This document shows positions 41,656-52,900 of a stretch of 64,000 nt of DNA, in pieces. The stretch spans positions 12,276,001 to 12,340,000 of the forward strand of contig OZ059894.1 of assembly GCA_964057225.1 (NCBI GenBank). The letters are read 5' to 3'. The translations under genes were made by a program, and so were the position numbers. Each line of letters opens with the position of its first letter. The stretch's first letter is position 1. The DNA comes from Auanema rhodensis (lineage: Eukaryota > Animalia > Nematoda). The notes beneath the pieces are model-generated. The model had not been told where the DNA came from, searched no databases, and was given only the letters and a program-made list of their open reading frames with translations.

Positions 41656-42836
41656 ACAGTAAAAAGTCCAATCAAGAGAGAAATTTTTTCAACACATAGT
41701 TGTTTTTTTTTTAAATATCATTGTTTTTCCTCATAACTCGGTTTAAACTCGTTCTAACCCGTTGAAATACGTCTAGAAAGTCTTTATAACATGCATATGT
41801 ATGATAGAACTTCATATTTATTGTAATAGAAAATTTTATTTTCAGACGTCTTGGTTAACAATGATATGTTTTACCCCCTTATAATTTTTATCATAATGTT
41901 CCTTATACGGAACGCTCAATGAAACTTGCTTCCAGAAAAATTTCTTTCTATTTTTTCTTCATATGTACGTAGATACTATAGAGAACTATGATAGAAAACT
42001 TTAACATTCACGAAATCATCATTTCTCATTACGCTACGGAGGTTTAAAAAGCTGTGTTTTACCTTATAATAGACCGGAAAACCCTTGTGTTAAAACTGGA
42101 CCGTTTTTACACATATAAAAATGTCCCGTATTCGGGACCCTAATGTAACTTTTGATTCCCTATATTTTTTTTCATGAAATTTACAATCTACTGTAGAAAG
42201 AAGAATTATTTTTATAAAAACTGTAAATTTTTGAAAAATGAAAACAAAACGAAAACAAAAACAACTTTTTTTTGAACATTTTCTCACACAAGGGTCCCCC
42301 CTTACCTACTTTTTTTCTCATTACTCGTTTCAACCTCATCCGATCACTCTGCAAACATGTTTAATCGTTCTAACTTGTTGAAATACGTCTTAAAAGTCTA
42401 AACAACATGCATATGCATAATAGAAACCACCCGAATAGGCCCCCACGCACTAAACGAGATATATACATTACCAGTATAGTAATAGAACACATATTGAAGA
42501 TTAATTCGATAAGAACAATTTATTGACGTAGAGAATGTTTGTTCCGAAAAACTACAATATTAAACTATAAAAGTAACAAAAGCGTAGAGGCAGCAAAGAC
42601 ATGAATAAACATAAATGTAAATACAGAATTACCAGGTAGTACATAAGTATGACAAAAAATTATAAGAAAGCCATGAAAATAGAAGGTTTGTGAACAAATG
42701 AGAGGTACATCTTTGATCGTATAGTCATTTCTAAACCGTTCGTATGCTGCAGCATCGTCATAAGCGTCACTCAAGTTGAATTTCCATGTGTACTACACGA
42801 TTTTCATTCTTATTGTTACATTCTTTCCCTGAGGGA

Positions 42837-43021
42837 ATGGGCCGTTCCCGCCAGCAGTGCAAGAGCGGGTCGACCCGTGAGGTGGAGCTAGCAAGCCAGC
42901 ATCTACCTCAAGTCTCAAAAATCGGTTAACCTTATTGTGAACCAATGGAACACATATCGAAGGTTAATTCGATAAGAACGATTACTACACTTTGATCTTA
43001 GCCAAACGGCCGAGAAGCGAT
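42837..43021 (-). ncRNA. U2: U2 snRNA copy 18 (loop I substitution at 43007)
   Basis: As 717-901 with loop I TTTT>GTTT. Confidence 0.94.
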
Positions 43022-43463
43022 ACAGCATAGCCATGAGTATCAAAGACATCAAGCAAATGTATCGTACTTGTTACGAGTGCACTCTCTCATTTGAATATAA
43101 AAGTGTGGTTTGACAATCTTGACTGTACAGGTCATAAATGGCTCATATAAACTGTGGATTTACTCAACTTTTGGACTTATTTTTTTCTTATTCGAAGCGC
43201 TGCACTTTTTTCTATTCTTTTTATTCAAATACTTGTATATAGTTTTATATGTACGGTTGCAAAGTTTCCGAATATTTTATATATTTTTATACAATAATTA
43301 GGAGAAGGTTAATACAATGAAATCTCCCAACTTTACAGTGTTTGTATTGCTTACAGTATCTAGAACAACCACTCTTGTAATATTAGAGCACATATCAATC
43401 AACAACTTTTTCTAGTTATCAAAGCTTTTTTATTTCTTCAAGATATTTCAAATAAAATATAAA

Positions 43464-43582
43464 AGCTTACGACACCCGGGATTCCCAAGCCGTCTCCGAT
43501 CCAAGTACTAACCGGGCCCAACGTTGCTTGACTTGCCAGATCGGACGGGATGGCGTACTTTCAACGTGGTATGGTCGTAAGC
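43464..43582 (-). rRNA. 5S: 5S rRNA 18a
   Basis: Same as 1344-1462. Confidence 0.97.
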
Positions 43583-43823
43583 AATGTTATATTCTTCATT
43601 ATCAGTTATATCACTCTAAATCTTGTTGTTAATAGTTAGGACCACAAAGAAAACAACAGGAACAGTAACAAATGAAATGCCCAAACTTTACAGTGTTCGA
43701 GTTATTTACAGTATCTAAGACTACCTCTGTCGTGTTATTAGAGCAAACATTCGATTAACAACAACTTTTTTTTAGTTATCAAAGCTTTTTTATTTCTTCA
43801 AAAAATTTCAAATAAAATATAAA

Positions 43824-43942
43824 AGCTTACGACACCCGGGATTCCCAAGCCGTCTCCGATCCAAGTACTAACCGGGCCCAACGTTGCTTGACTTGCCAGA
43901 TCGGACGGGATGGCGTACTTTCAACGTGGTATGGTCGTAAGC
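43824..43942 (-). rRNA. 5S: 5S rRNA 18b
   Basis: Same as 1344-1462. Confidence 0.97.
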
Positions 43943-44084
43943 AATGTCATATTCTTCATTATCAGTTATATCACTCTAAATCTTGTTGTTAATAGATACG
44001 ACCACAAAGAAAACAACAGGAACAGTAACAATAACAAAAAAAATTTTTTTTTCACCTATGTGTCTAAAGGTTAGCCATGTATCC

Positions 44085-44130
<46 letters not shown>

Positions 44131-45311
44131 ACAGTAAAAAGTCCAATCAAGAGAGAAATTTTTTCAACACATAGTTTTTTTTTTTTTAAATATCATTGTT
44201 TTTCCTCATAACTCGGTTTAAACTCGTTCTAACCCGTTGAAATACGTCTAGAAAGTCTTTATAACATGCATATGTATGATAGAACTTCATATTTATTGTA
44301 ATAGAAAATTTTATTTTCAGACGTCTTGGTTAACAATGATATGTTTTACCCCCTTATAATTTTTATCATAATGTTCCTTATACGGAACGCTCAATGAAAC
44401 TTGCTTCCAGAAAAATTTCTTTCTATTTTTTCTTCATATGTACGTAGATACTATAGAGAACTATGATAGAAAACTTTAACATTCACGAAATCATCATTTC
44501 TCATTACGCTACGGAGGTTTAAAAAGCTGTGTTTTACCTTATAATAGACCGGAAAACCCTTGTGTTAAAACTGGACCGTTTTTACACATATAAAAATGTC
44601 CCGTATTCGGGACCCTAATGTAACTTTTGATTCCCTATATTTTTTTTCATGAAATTTACAATCTACTGTAGAAAGAAGAATTATTTTTATAAAAACTGTA
44701 AATTTTTGAAAAATGAAAACAAAACGAAAACAAAAACAACTTTTTTTTGAACATTTTCTCACACAAGGGTCCCCCCTTACCTACTTTTTTTCTCATTACT
44801 CGTTTCAACCTCATCCGATCACTCTGCAAACATGTTTAATCGTTCTAACTTGTTGAAATACGTCTTAAAAGTCTAAACAACATGCATATGCATAATAGAA
44901 ACCACCCGAATAGGCCCCCACGCACTAAACGAGATATATACATTACCAGTATAGTAATAGAACACATATTGAAGATTAATTCGATAAGAACAATTTATTG
45001 ACGTAGAGAATGTTTGTTCCGAAAAACTACAATATTAAACTATAAAAGTAACAAAAGCGTAGAGGCAGCAAAGACATGAATAAACATAAATGTAAATACA
45101 GAATTACCAGGTAGTACATAAGTATGACAAAAAATTATAAGAAAGCCATGAAAATAGAAGGTTTGTGAACAAATGAGAGGTACATCTTTGATCGTATAGT
45201 CATTTCTAAACCGTTCGTATGCTGCAGCATCGTCATAAGCGTCACTCAAGTTGAATTTCCATGTGTACTACACGATTTTCATTCTTATTGTTACATTCTT
45301 TCCCTGAGGGA

Positions 45312-45496
45312 ATGGGCCGTTCCCGCCAGCAGTGCAAGAGCGGGTCGACCCGTGAGGTGGAGCTAGCAAGCCAGCATCTACCTCAAGTCTCAAAAATCGG
45401 TTAACCTTATTGTGAACCAATGGAACACATATCGAAGGTTAATTCGATAAGAACGATTACTACACTTTGATCTTAGCCAAAAGGCCGAGAAGCGAT
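45312..45496 (-). ncRNA. U2: U2 snRNA copy 19
   Basis: Same as 717-901. Confidence 0.95.
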
Positions 45497-45938
45497 ACAG
45501 CATAGCCATGAGTATCAAAGACATCAAGCAAATGTATCGTACTTGTTACGAGTGCACTCTCTCATTTGAATATAAAAGTGTGGTTTGACAATCTTGACTG
45601 TACAGGTCATAAATGGCTCATATAAACTGTGGATTTACTCAACTTTTGGACTTATTTTTTTCTTATTCGAAGCGCTGCACTTTTTTCTATTCTTTTTATT
45701 CAAATACTTGTATATAGTTTTATATGTACGGTTGCAAAGTTTCCGAATATTTTATATATTTTTATACAATAATTAGGAGAAGGTTAATACAATGAAATCT
45801 CCCAACTTTACAGTGTTTGTATTGCTTACAGTATCTAGAACAACCACTCTTGTAATATTAGAGCACATATCAATCAACAACTTTTTCTAGTTATCAAAGC
45901 TTTTTTATTTCTTCAAGATATTTCAAATAAAATATAAA

Positions 45939-46057
45939 AGCTTACGACACCCGGGATTCCCAAGCCGTCTCCGATCCAAGTACTAACCGGGCCCAACGTT
46001 GCTTGACTTGCCAGATCGGACGGGATGGCGTACTTTCAACGTGGTATGGTCGTAAGC
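45939..46057 (-). rRNA. 5S: 5S rRNA 19a
   Basis: Same as 1344-1462. Confidence 0.97.
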
Positions 46058-46298
46058 AATGTTATATTCTTCATTATCAGTTATATCACTCTAAATCTTG
46101 TTGTTAATAGTTAGGACCACAAAGAAAACAACAGGAACAGTAACAAATGAAATGCCCAAACTTTACAGTGTTCGAGTTATTTACAGTATCTAAGACTACC
46201 TCTGTCGTGTTATTAGAGCAAACATTCGATTAACAACAACTTTTTTTTAGTTATCAAAGCTTTTTTATTTCTTCAAAAAATTTCAAATAAAATATAAA

Positions 46299-46417
46299 AG
46301 CTTACGACACCCGGGATTCCCAAGCCGTCTCCGATCCAAGTACTAACCGGGCCCAACGTTGCTTGACTTGCCAGATCGGACGGGATGGCGTACTTTCAAC
46401 GTGGTATGGTCGTAAGC
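46299..46417 (-). rRNA. 5S: 5S rRNA 19b
   Basis: Same as 1344-1462. Confidence 0.97.
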
Positions 46418-46559
46418 AATGTCATATTCTTCATTATCAGTTATATCACTCTAAATCTTGTTGTTAATAGATACGACCACAAAGAAAACAACAGGAACAG
46501 TAACAATAACAAAAAAAATTTTTTTTTCACCTATGTGTCTAAAGGTTAGCCATGTATCC

Positions 46560-46609
<50 letters not shown>

Positions 46610-47790
46610 ACAGTAAAAAGTCCAATCAAGAGAGAAATTTTTTCAACACATAGTTGTTTTTTTTTTAAATATCATTGTTTTTCCTCATAACTCGGTTTAA
46701 ACTCGTTCTAACCCGTTGAAATACGTCTAGAAAGTCTTTATAACATGCATATGTATGATAGAACTTCATATTTATTGTAATAGAAAATTTTATTTTCAGA
46801 CGTCTTGGTTAACAATGATATGTTTTACCCCCTTATAATTTTTATCATAATGTTCCTTATACGGAACGCTCAATGAAACTTGCTTCCAGAAAAATTTCTT
46901 TCTATTTTTTCTTCATATGTACGTAGATACTATAGAGAACTATGATAGAAAACTTTAACATTCACGAAATCATCATTTCTCATTACGCTACGGAGGTTTA
47001 AAAAGCTGTGTTTTACCTTATAATAGACCGGAAAACCCTTGTGTTAAAACTGGACCGTTTTTACACATATAAAAATGTCCCGTATTCGGGACCCTAATGT
47101 AACTTTTGATTCCCTATATTTTTTTTCATGAAATTTACAATCTACTGTAGAAAGAAGAATTATTTTTATAAAAACTGTAAATTTTTGAAAAATGAAAACA
47201 AAACGAAAACAAAAACAACTTTTTTTTGAACATTTTCTCACACAAGGGTCCCCCCTTACCTACTTTTTTTCTCATTACTCGTTTCAACCTCATCCGATCA
47301 CTCTGCAAACATGTTTAATCGTTCTAACTTGTTGAAATACGTCTTAAAAGTCTAAACAACATGCATATGCATAAGAGAAACCACCCGAATAGGCCCCCAC
47401 GCACTAAACGAGATATATACATTACCAGTATAGTAATAGAACACATATTGAAGATTAATTCGATAAGAACAATTTATTGACGTAGAGAATGTTTGTTCCG
47501 AAAAACTACAATATTAAACTATAAAAGTAACAAAAGCGTAGAGGCAGCAAAGACATGAATAAACATAAATGTAAATACAGAATTACCAGGTAGTACATAA
47601 GTATGACAAAAAATTATAAGAAAGCCATGAAAATAGAAGGTTTGTGAACAAATGAGAGGTACATCTTTGATCGTATAGTCATTTCTAAACCGTTCGTATG
47701 CTGCAGCATCGTCATAAGCGTCACTCAAGTTGAATTTCCATGTGTACTACACGATTTTCATTCTTATTGTTACATTCTTTCCCTGAGGGA

Positions 47791-47937
47791 ATGGGCCGTT
47801 CCCGCCAGCAGTGCAAGAGCGGGTCGACCCGTGAGGTGGAGCTAGCAAGCCAGCATCTACCTCAAGTCTCAAAAATCGGTTAACCTTATTGTGAACCAAT
47901 GGAACACATATCGAAGGTTAATTCGATAAGAACGATT
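47791..47937 (-). pseudogene. 5'-truncated U2 (lacks nt 1-38) at contig end
   Basis: Matches 717-863, then diverges (tattgaag) 8 bp before the N gap. Confidence 0.7.
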
Positions 47938-47945
47938 TATTGAAG

Positions 47946-48145
47946 NNNNNNNNNNNNNNNNNNNNNNNNNNNNNNNNNNNNNNNNNNNNNNNNNNNNNNN
48001 NNNNNNNNNNNNNNNNNNNNNNNNNNNNNNNNNNNNNNNNNNNNNNNNNNNNNNNNNNNNNNNNNNNNNNNNNNNNNNNNNNNNNNNNNNNNNNNNNNNN
48101 NNNNNNNNNNNNNNNNNNNNNNNNNNNNNNNNNNNNNNNNNNNNN
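47946..48145. other. Scaffold gap (200 N)
   Basis: Run of 200 N; true size unknown, so the array copy number is a minimum. Confidence 0.99.
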
Positions 48146-48878
48146 TCATAACTCGGTTTAAACTCGTTCTAACCCGTTGAAATACGTCTAGAAAGTCTTT
48201 ATAACATGCATATGTATGATAGAACTTCATATTTATTGTAATAGAAAATTTTATTTTCAGACGTCTTGGTTAACAATGATATGTTTTACCCCCTTATAAT
48301 TTTTATCATAATGTTCCTTATACGGAACGCTCAATGAAACTTGCTTCCAGAAAAATTTCTTTCTATTTTTTCTTCATATGTACGTAGATACTATAGAGAA
48401 CTATGATAGAAAACTTTAACATTCACGAAATCATCATTTCTCATTACGCTACGGAGGTTTAAAAAGCTGTGTTTTACCTTATAATAGACCGGAAAACCCT
48501 TGTGTTAAAACTGGACCGTTTTTACACATATAAAAATGTCCCGTATTCGGGACCCTAATGTAACTTTTGATTCCCTATATTTTTTTTCATGAAATTTACA
48601 ATCTACTGTAGAAAGAAGAATTATTTTTATAAAAACTGTAAATTTTTGAAAAATGAAAACAAAACGAAAACAAAAACAACTTTTTTTTGAACATTTTCTC
48701 ACACAAGGGTCCCCCCTTACCTACTTTTTTTCTCATTACTCGTTTCAACCTCATCCGATCACTCTGCAAACATGTTTAATCGTTCTAACTTGTTGAAATA
48801 CGTCTTAAAAGTCTAAACAACATGCATATGCATAATAGAAACCACCCGAATAGGCCCCCACGCACTAAACGAGATATA
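48146..48878. repeat. Terminal partial array unit (spacer only, equivalent to ~2090-2822)
   Basis: Identical to the unit spacer up to ...cgcactaaacgagatata, then diverges. Confidence 0.95.
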
Positions 48879-49960
48879 CTCTGAGGTTTTACCCTGTATC
48901 CAAACGGATACATTTTCATTCGCGATCCACCGAACAATTTCCTTTTTTCACAGATCGATAGGCGCTCCAAATATAAGATCACCTGCAAAAAATCACACCA
49001 GATTCTTTCAAATGAGCCGAGATGTGACTCGTCAAACTTCAAAAAAATGGGCGTTTTCGGGTTTGGGAAAAACCGGCCAGGTTTTGCTGGTATCCAAATG
49101 GATACACTTTTCAACTAAAATGCTCATAACTCAGGCAGACCATTTCGGATTGAGCCCATATTCCGAAGTTAGTCATTTTTTATCATATCTAACAGTTTGC
49201 TTTTAAAATTGGCTGATTTGGAAAAACTTTTTTTTTAACCAATTTTGGTTAAAAACAAATTGTGTATCAATTTTGATACATCTCACCAGTAAAGCCCTGA
49301 ATCATGTTCAAATCACTTGTAAAGATGTATTCTTATGTTTTCATACACGCTGAACACGAATATGCTGTTTTCAGACCATTTGGAACAACTTTTTTTTTGA
49401 CTTACCCTCAGGGTAAAAATAAATTATGTGTCAATTTTGATACATCTCACCAGTAAGGTTCCGGACCATATTCCAATCATTTGTTGAGATGTTTTCTTCT
49501 CATACACGCTGAACACCAGTATAATATGTTTTGAAGATAGAGGGCTCTTCAAATAGCCTCCCAGGTTCACACTTTCTGTTCTATGCCCTGTTAACATAAA
49601 AGACAATTAGAGGAAAAAAATTCATTCAGATGCCATTCAGATATACATAATACAGAATATAAAGACTAGAAGATATATAATAAGACTAGATAAAATACAT
49701 CGAAGACTAGATATACATCACTAATGAGGCTAGACATAATTATACTAAAGGACAAGATAAAACGGTGGTTCAGACTAGATGAGGCATACGATAAAGACAG
49801 CAACGAGGAGAAAGAGAAGCGACCGTCCGCGACGGTAATATAAAACAGAGTGCCCGTAAATTTCATCTGCCAACATGATAAGATTGCATCGATTGATTGA
49901 TGAATAATCGCGTTCGCGATAATATGTTCAGACCATTTGGAACAATTTTTCTTTTTCTTT
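48879..49960. other. Junction DNA with palindromes and diverged direct repeats; possible non-autonomous DNA-transposon relic
   Basis: TGTATC-N6-GATACA-type palindromes, ~100-bp diverged duplication (49257-49360 vs 49421-49520), 19-bp direct repeat (49370, 49927). No transposase or terminal repeats identified. Confidence 0.4.
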
Positions 49961-52900
49961 CGTTTTTTTATTTAGATTACATGAAGTAGCTATACAACAC
50001 ATGTACCTTGTTGTTGAACGAGTTTACGCATCATTTAACAAAACATTTGTACACATAAATGAACACAAATTTTTTTTTTCAATTCAACAATGCAACAATA
50101 TTCGGTAATGTGACACAAATTGAAGCTTAATTCGATGAGTAGTTTGAAACGGTTGCAGTGACCCACACATAACAACACATGCCGAACCATTTTTTTATTT
50201 AGATTACATGAAGTAGCTATACAACACATGTACCTTGTTGTGGAACGATTTTACGCATCATTTAACAAAACATTTGAACACATGAATGAACACAAATCTT
50301 TTTTCATTATATCAATGCAACAATGTTTTGTAATGTGACTCAAATTGAAGTTTCAATTGATGAGAGTTCTAGAACAGTTGCACTGATTAGAACATGCAAA
50401 CTCATGCCGAACCGTTTTTTCTGTCAGAGTATAACAAGTAACTGAACAACATAGTCACCTTGTGGTCGAACAAGATCAATCATCATTTAACCAAACATTT
50501 GTACACACGAATGAACACAATTATTTTTTTTCAATTTACCAATGCAACAATGTTGGGTAATGTGATTTGATTTTAAGTTTAATTTGATGAGAGTTTGAAA
50601 ACAGTTGCACTGATTAACACATGCAAACGCATGCTGAACCGTTTTTTCTGTCACAGTATAATTTTGTAATGTGACTCAAATTGAAGTTTAATTTGATGAG
50701 AGCCTCAGAACAGTTGCACTGACCCATACATAAAAACACATGCCAAACTGTTATTTTGTCTCACAGTATAACAAGTAACCGAACAACATATGCACTTTGT
50801 GGTTAAACAAGATTACTCATCAATCAACGAAACATTTGCATATATGAATGAACTTAAAATTTGTTTCATCAAAATTCCAATGCAACAACCTTTTTTAATG
50901 TGAGACAGATTGAAGCCTAAATTTATAACAATTCCAAAATAATTGCAGTGACCCACACATAACAACACATGCCGAACCGTTTTTTTATTTAGATTACATG
51001 AAGTAGCTATACAACACATGTACCTTGTTGTTGAACGAGTTTACGCATCATTTAACAAAACATTTGTACACATAAATGAACACAAATTTTTTTTTTCAAT
51101 TCAACAATGCAACAATATTCGGTAATGTGACACAAATTGAAGCTTAATTCGATGAGTAGTTTGAAACGGTTGCAGTGACCCACACATAACAACACATGCC
51201 GAACCATTTTTTTATTTAGATTACATGAAGTAGCTATACAACACATGTACCTTGTTGTGGAACGATTTTACGCATCATTTAACAAAACATTTGAACACAT
51301 GAATGAACACAAATCTTTTTTCATTATATCAATGCAACAATGTTTTGTAATGTGACTCAAATTGAAGTTTCAATTGATGAGAGTTCTAGAACAGTTGCAC
51401 TGATTAGAACATGCAAACTCATGCCGAACCGTTTTTTCTGTCAGAGTATAACAAGTAACTGAACAACATAGTCACCTTGTGGTCGAACAAGATCAATCAT
51501 CATTTAACCAAACATTTGTACACACGAATGAACACAATTATTTTTTTTCAATTTACCAATGCAACAATGTTGGGTATTGTGATTTGATTTTAAGTTTAAT
51601 TTGATGAGAGTTTGAAAACAGTTGCACTGATTAACACATGCAAACGCATGCTGAACCGTTTTTTCTGTCACAGTATAATTTTGTAATGTGACTCAAATTG
51701 AAGTTTAATTTGATGAGAGCCTCAGAACAGTTGCACTGACCCATACATAAAAACACATGCCAAACTGTTATTTTGTCTCACAGTATAACAAGTAACCGAA
51801 CAACATATGCACTTTGTGGTTAAACAAGATTACTCATCAATCAACGAAACATTTGCATATATGAATGAACTTAAAATTTGTTTCATCAAAATTCCAATGC
51901 AACAACCTTTTTTAATGTGAGACAGATTGAAGCCTAAATTTATAACAATTCCAAAATAATTGCAGTGACCCACACATAACAACACATGCCGAACCGTTTT
52001 TCTATTTAGATTTTATGAAGTAGCTATACAACACATGTACCTTGTTGTTGAACGAGTTTACGCATCCTTTAACGAAACATTTGTACACATGAATGAACAC
52101 AAATATTTTTTTTTCAATTCACCAATGCAACAATAATCGGTAATGTGACACAAATTGAAGCTTAATTTGATGAGAAGTTTGGAACGGTTGCAGTGACCCA
52201 CACATAACAACACATTGCCGAACCGTTTTTTAATTTAGATTACATGAAGTAGCTATACAACACATGTACTTTGTTGTGGAACGATTTTACGCATCATTTA
52301 ACAGAACATTTGAACACATGAATGAACACAAATTTTTTTTTTTCATTATATCAATGCAACAATGTTTTGTAATGTGACTCAAATTGAAGTTTCAATTGAT
52401 GAGAGTTCTAGAACAGTTGCACTAATTGAAACATGCACACTCATGCCGAACCGTTTTTTCTGTCAGAGTAAAACAAGTAACTGAACAACATAGTCACCTT
52501 GTGGTCGAACAAGATCAATCATCATTTAACGAAACATTTGTACACATAAATGAACACAAATATTTTTTTTTCAATTCACCAATGCAACAATATTCGGTAA
52601 TGTGACACAAAATGAAGCTTAATTTGAAGAGAGCTTCAGAACAGTTGCACTTTTTAACACATTAAAACACATGCCAAGCTCTGTTTTTGTCTTACAGTAT
52701 AACAAGTAATTGAACAACATATGCACTTTGTGTTTAAACAAGATTACTCATCATTGAACAAAAAATTTGGTTATAAGAATGAACTTAAATATTATAATAG
52801 CATCATTTAACGAAACATTTGAACACATGAATGAACACAAATCTTTTCATTATATCAATGCAACAACCTTCCGTAATGTGAGACAGATTGAATCTTAGTT

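Larger units (their letters stand above)
1..47945. repeat. Tandem array of ~2.48-kb U2 snRNA + 2x 5S rRNA units (19 complete units plus a partial 20th; continues beyond the left window edge)
   Basis: Near-identical sequence recurs with period 2463-2507 bp (identical spurious ORFs at 990, 3469, 5946 ... 45585). Confidence 0.99.

Noticed and set aside
47937-48230. ORFs spanning the N run
   Set aside because: Artefacts of translating N.
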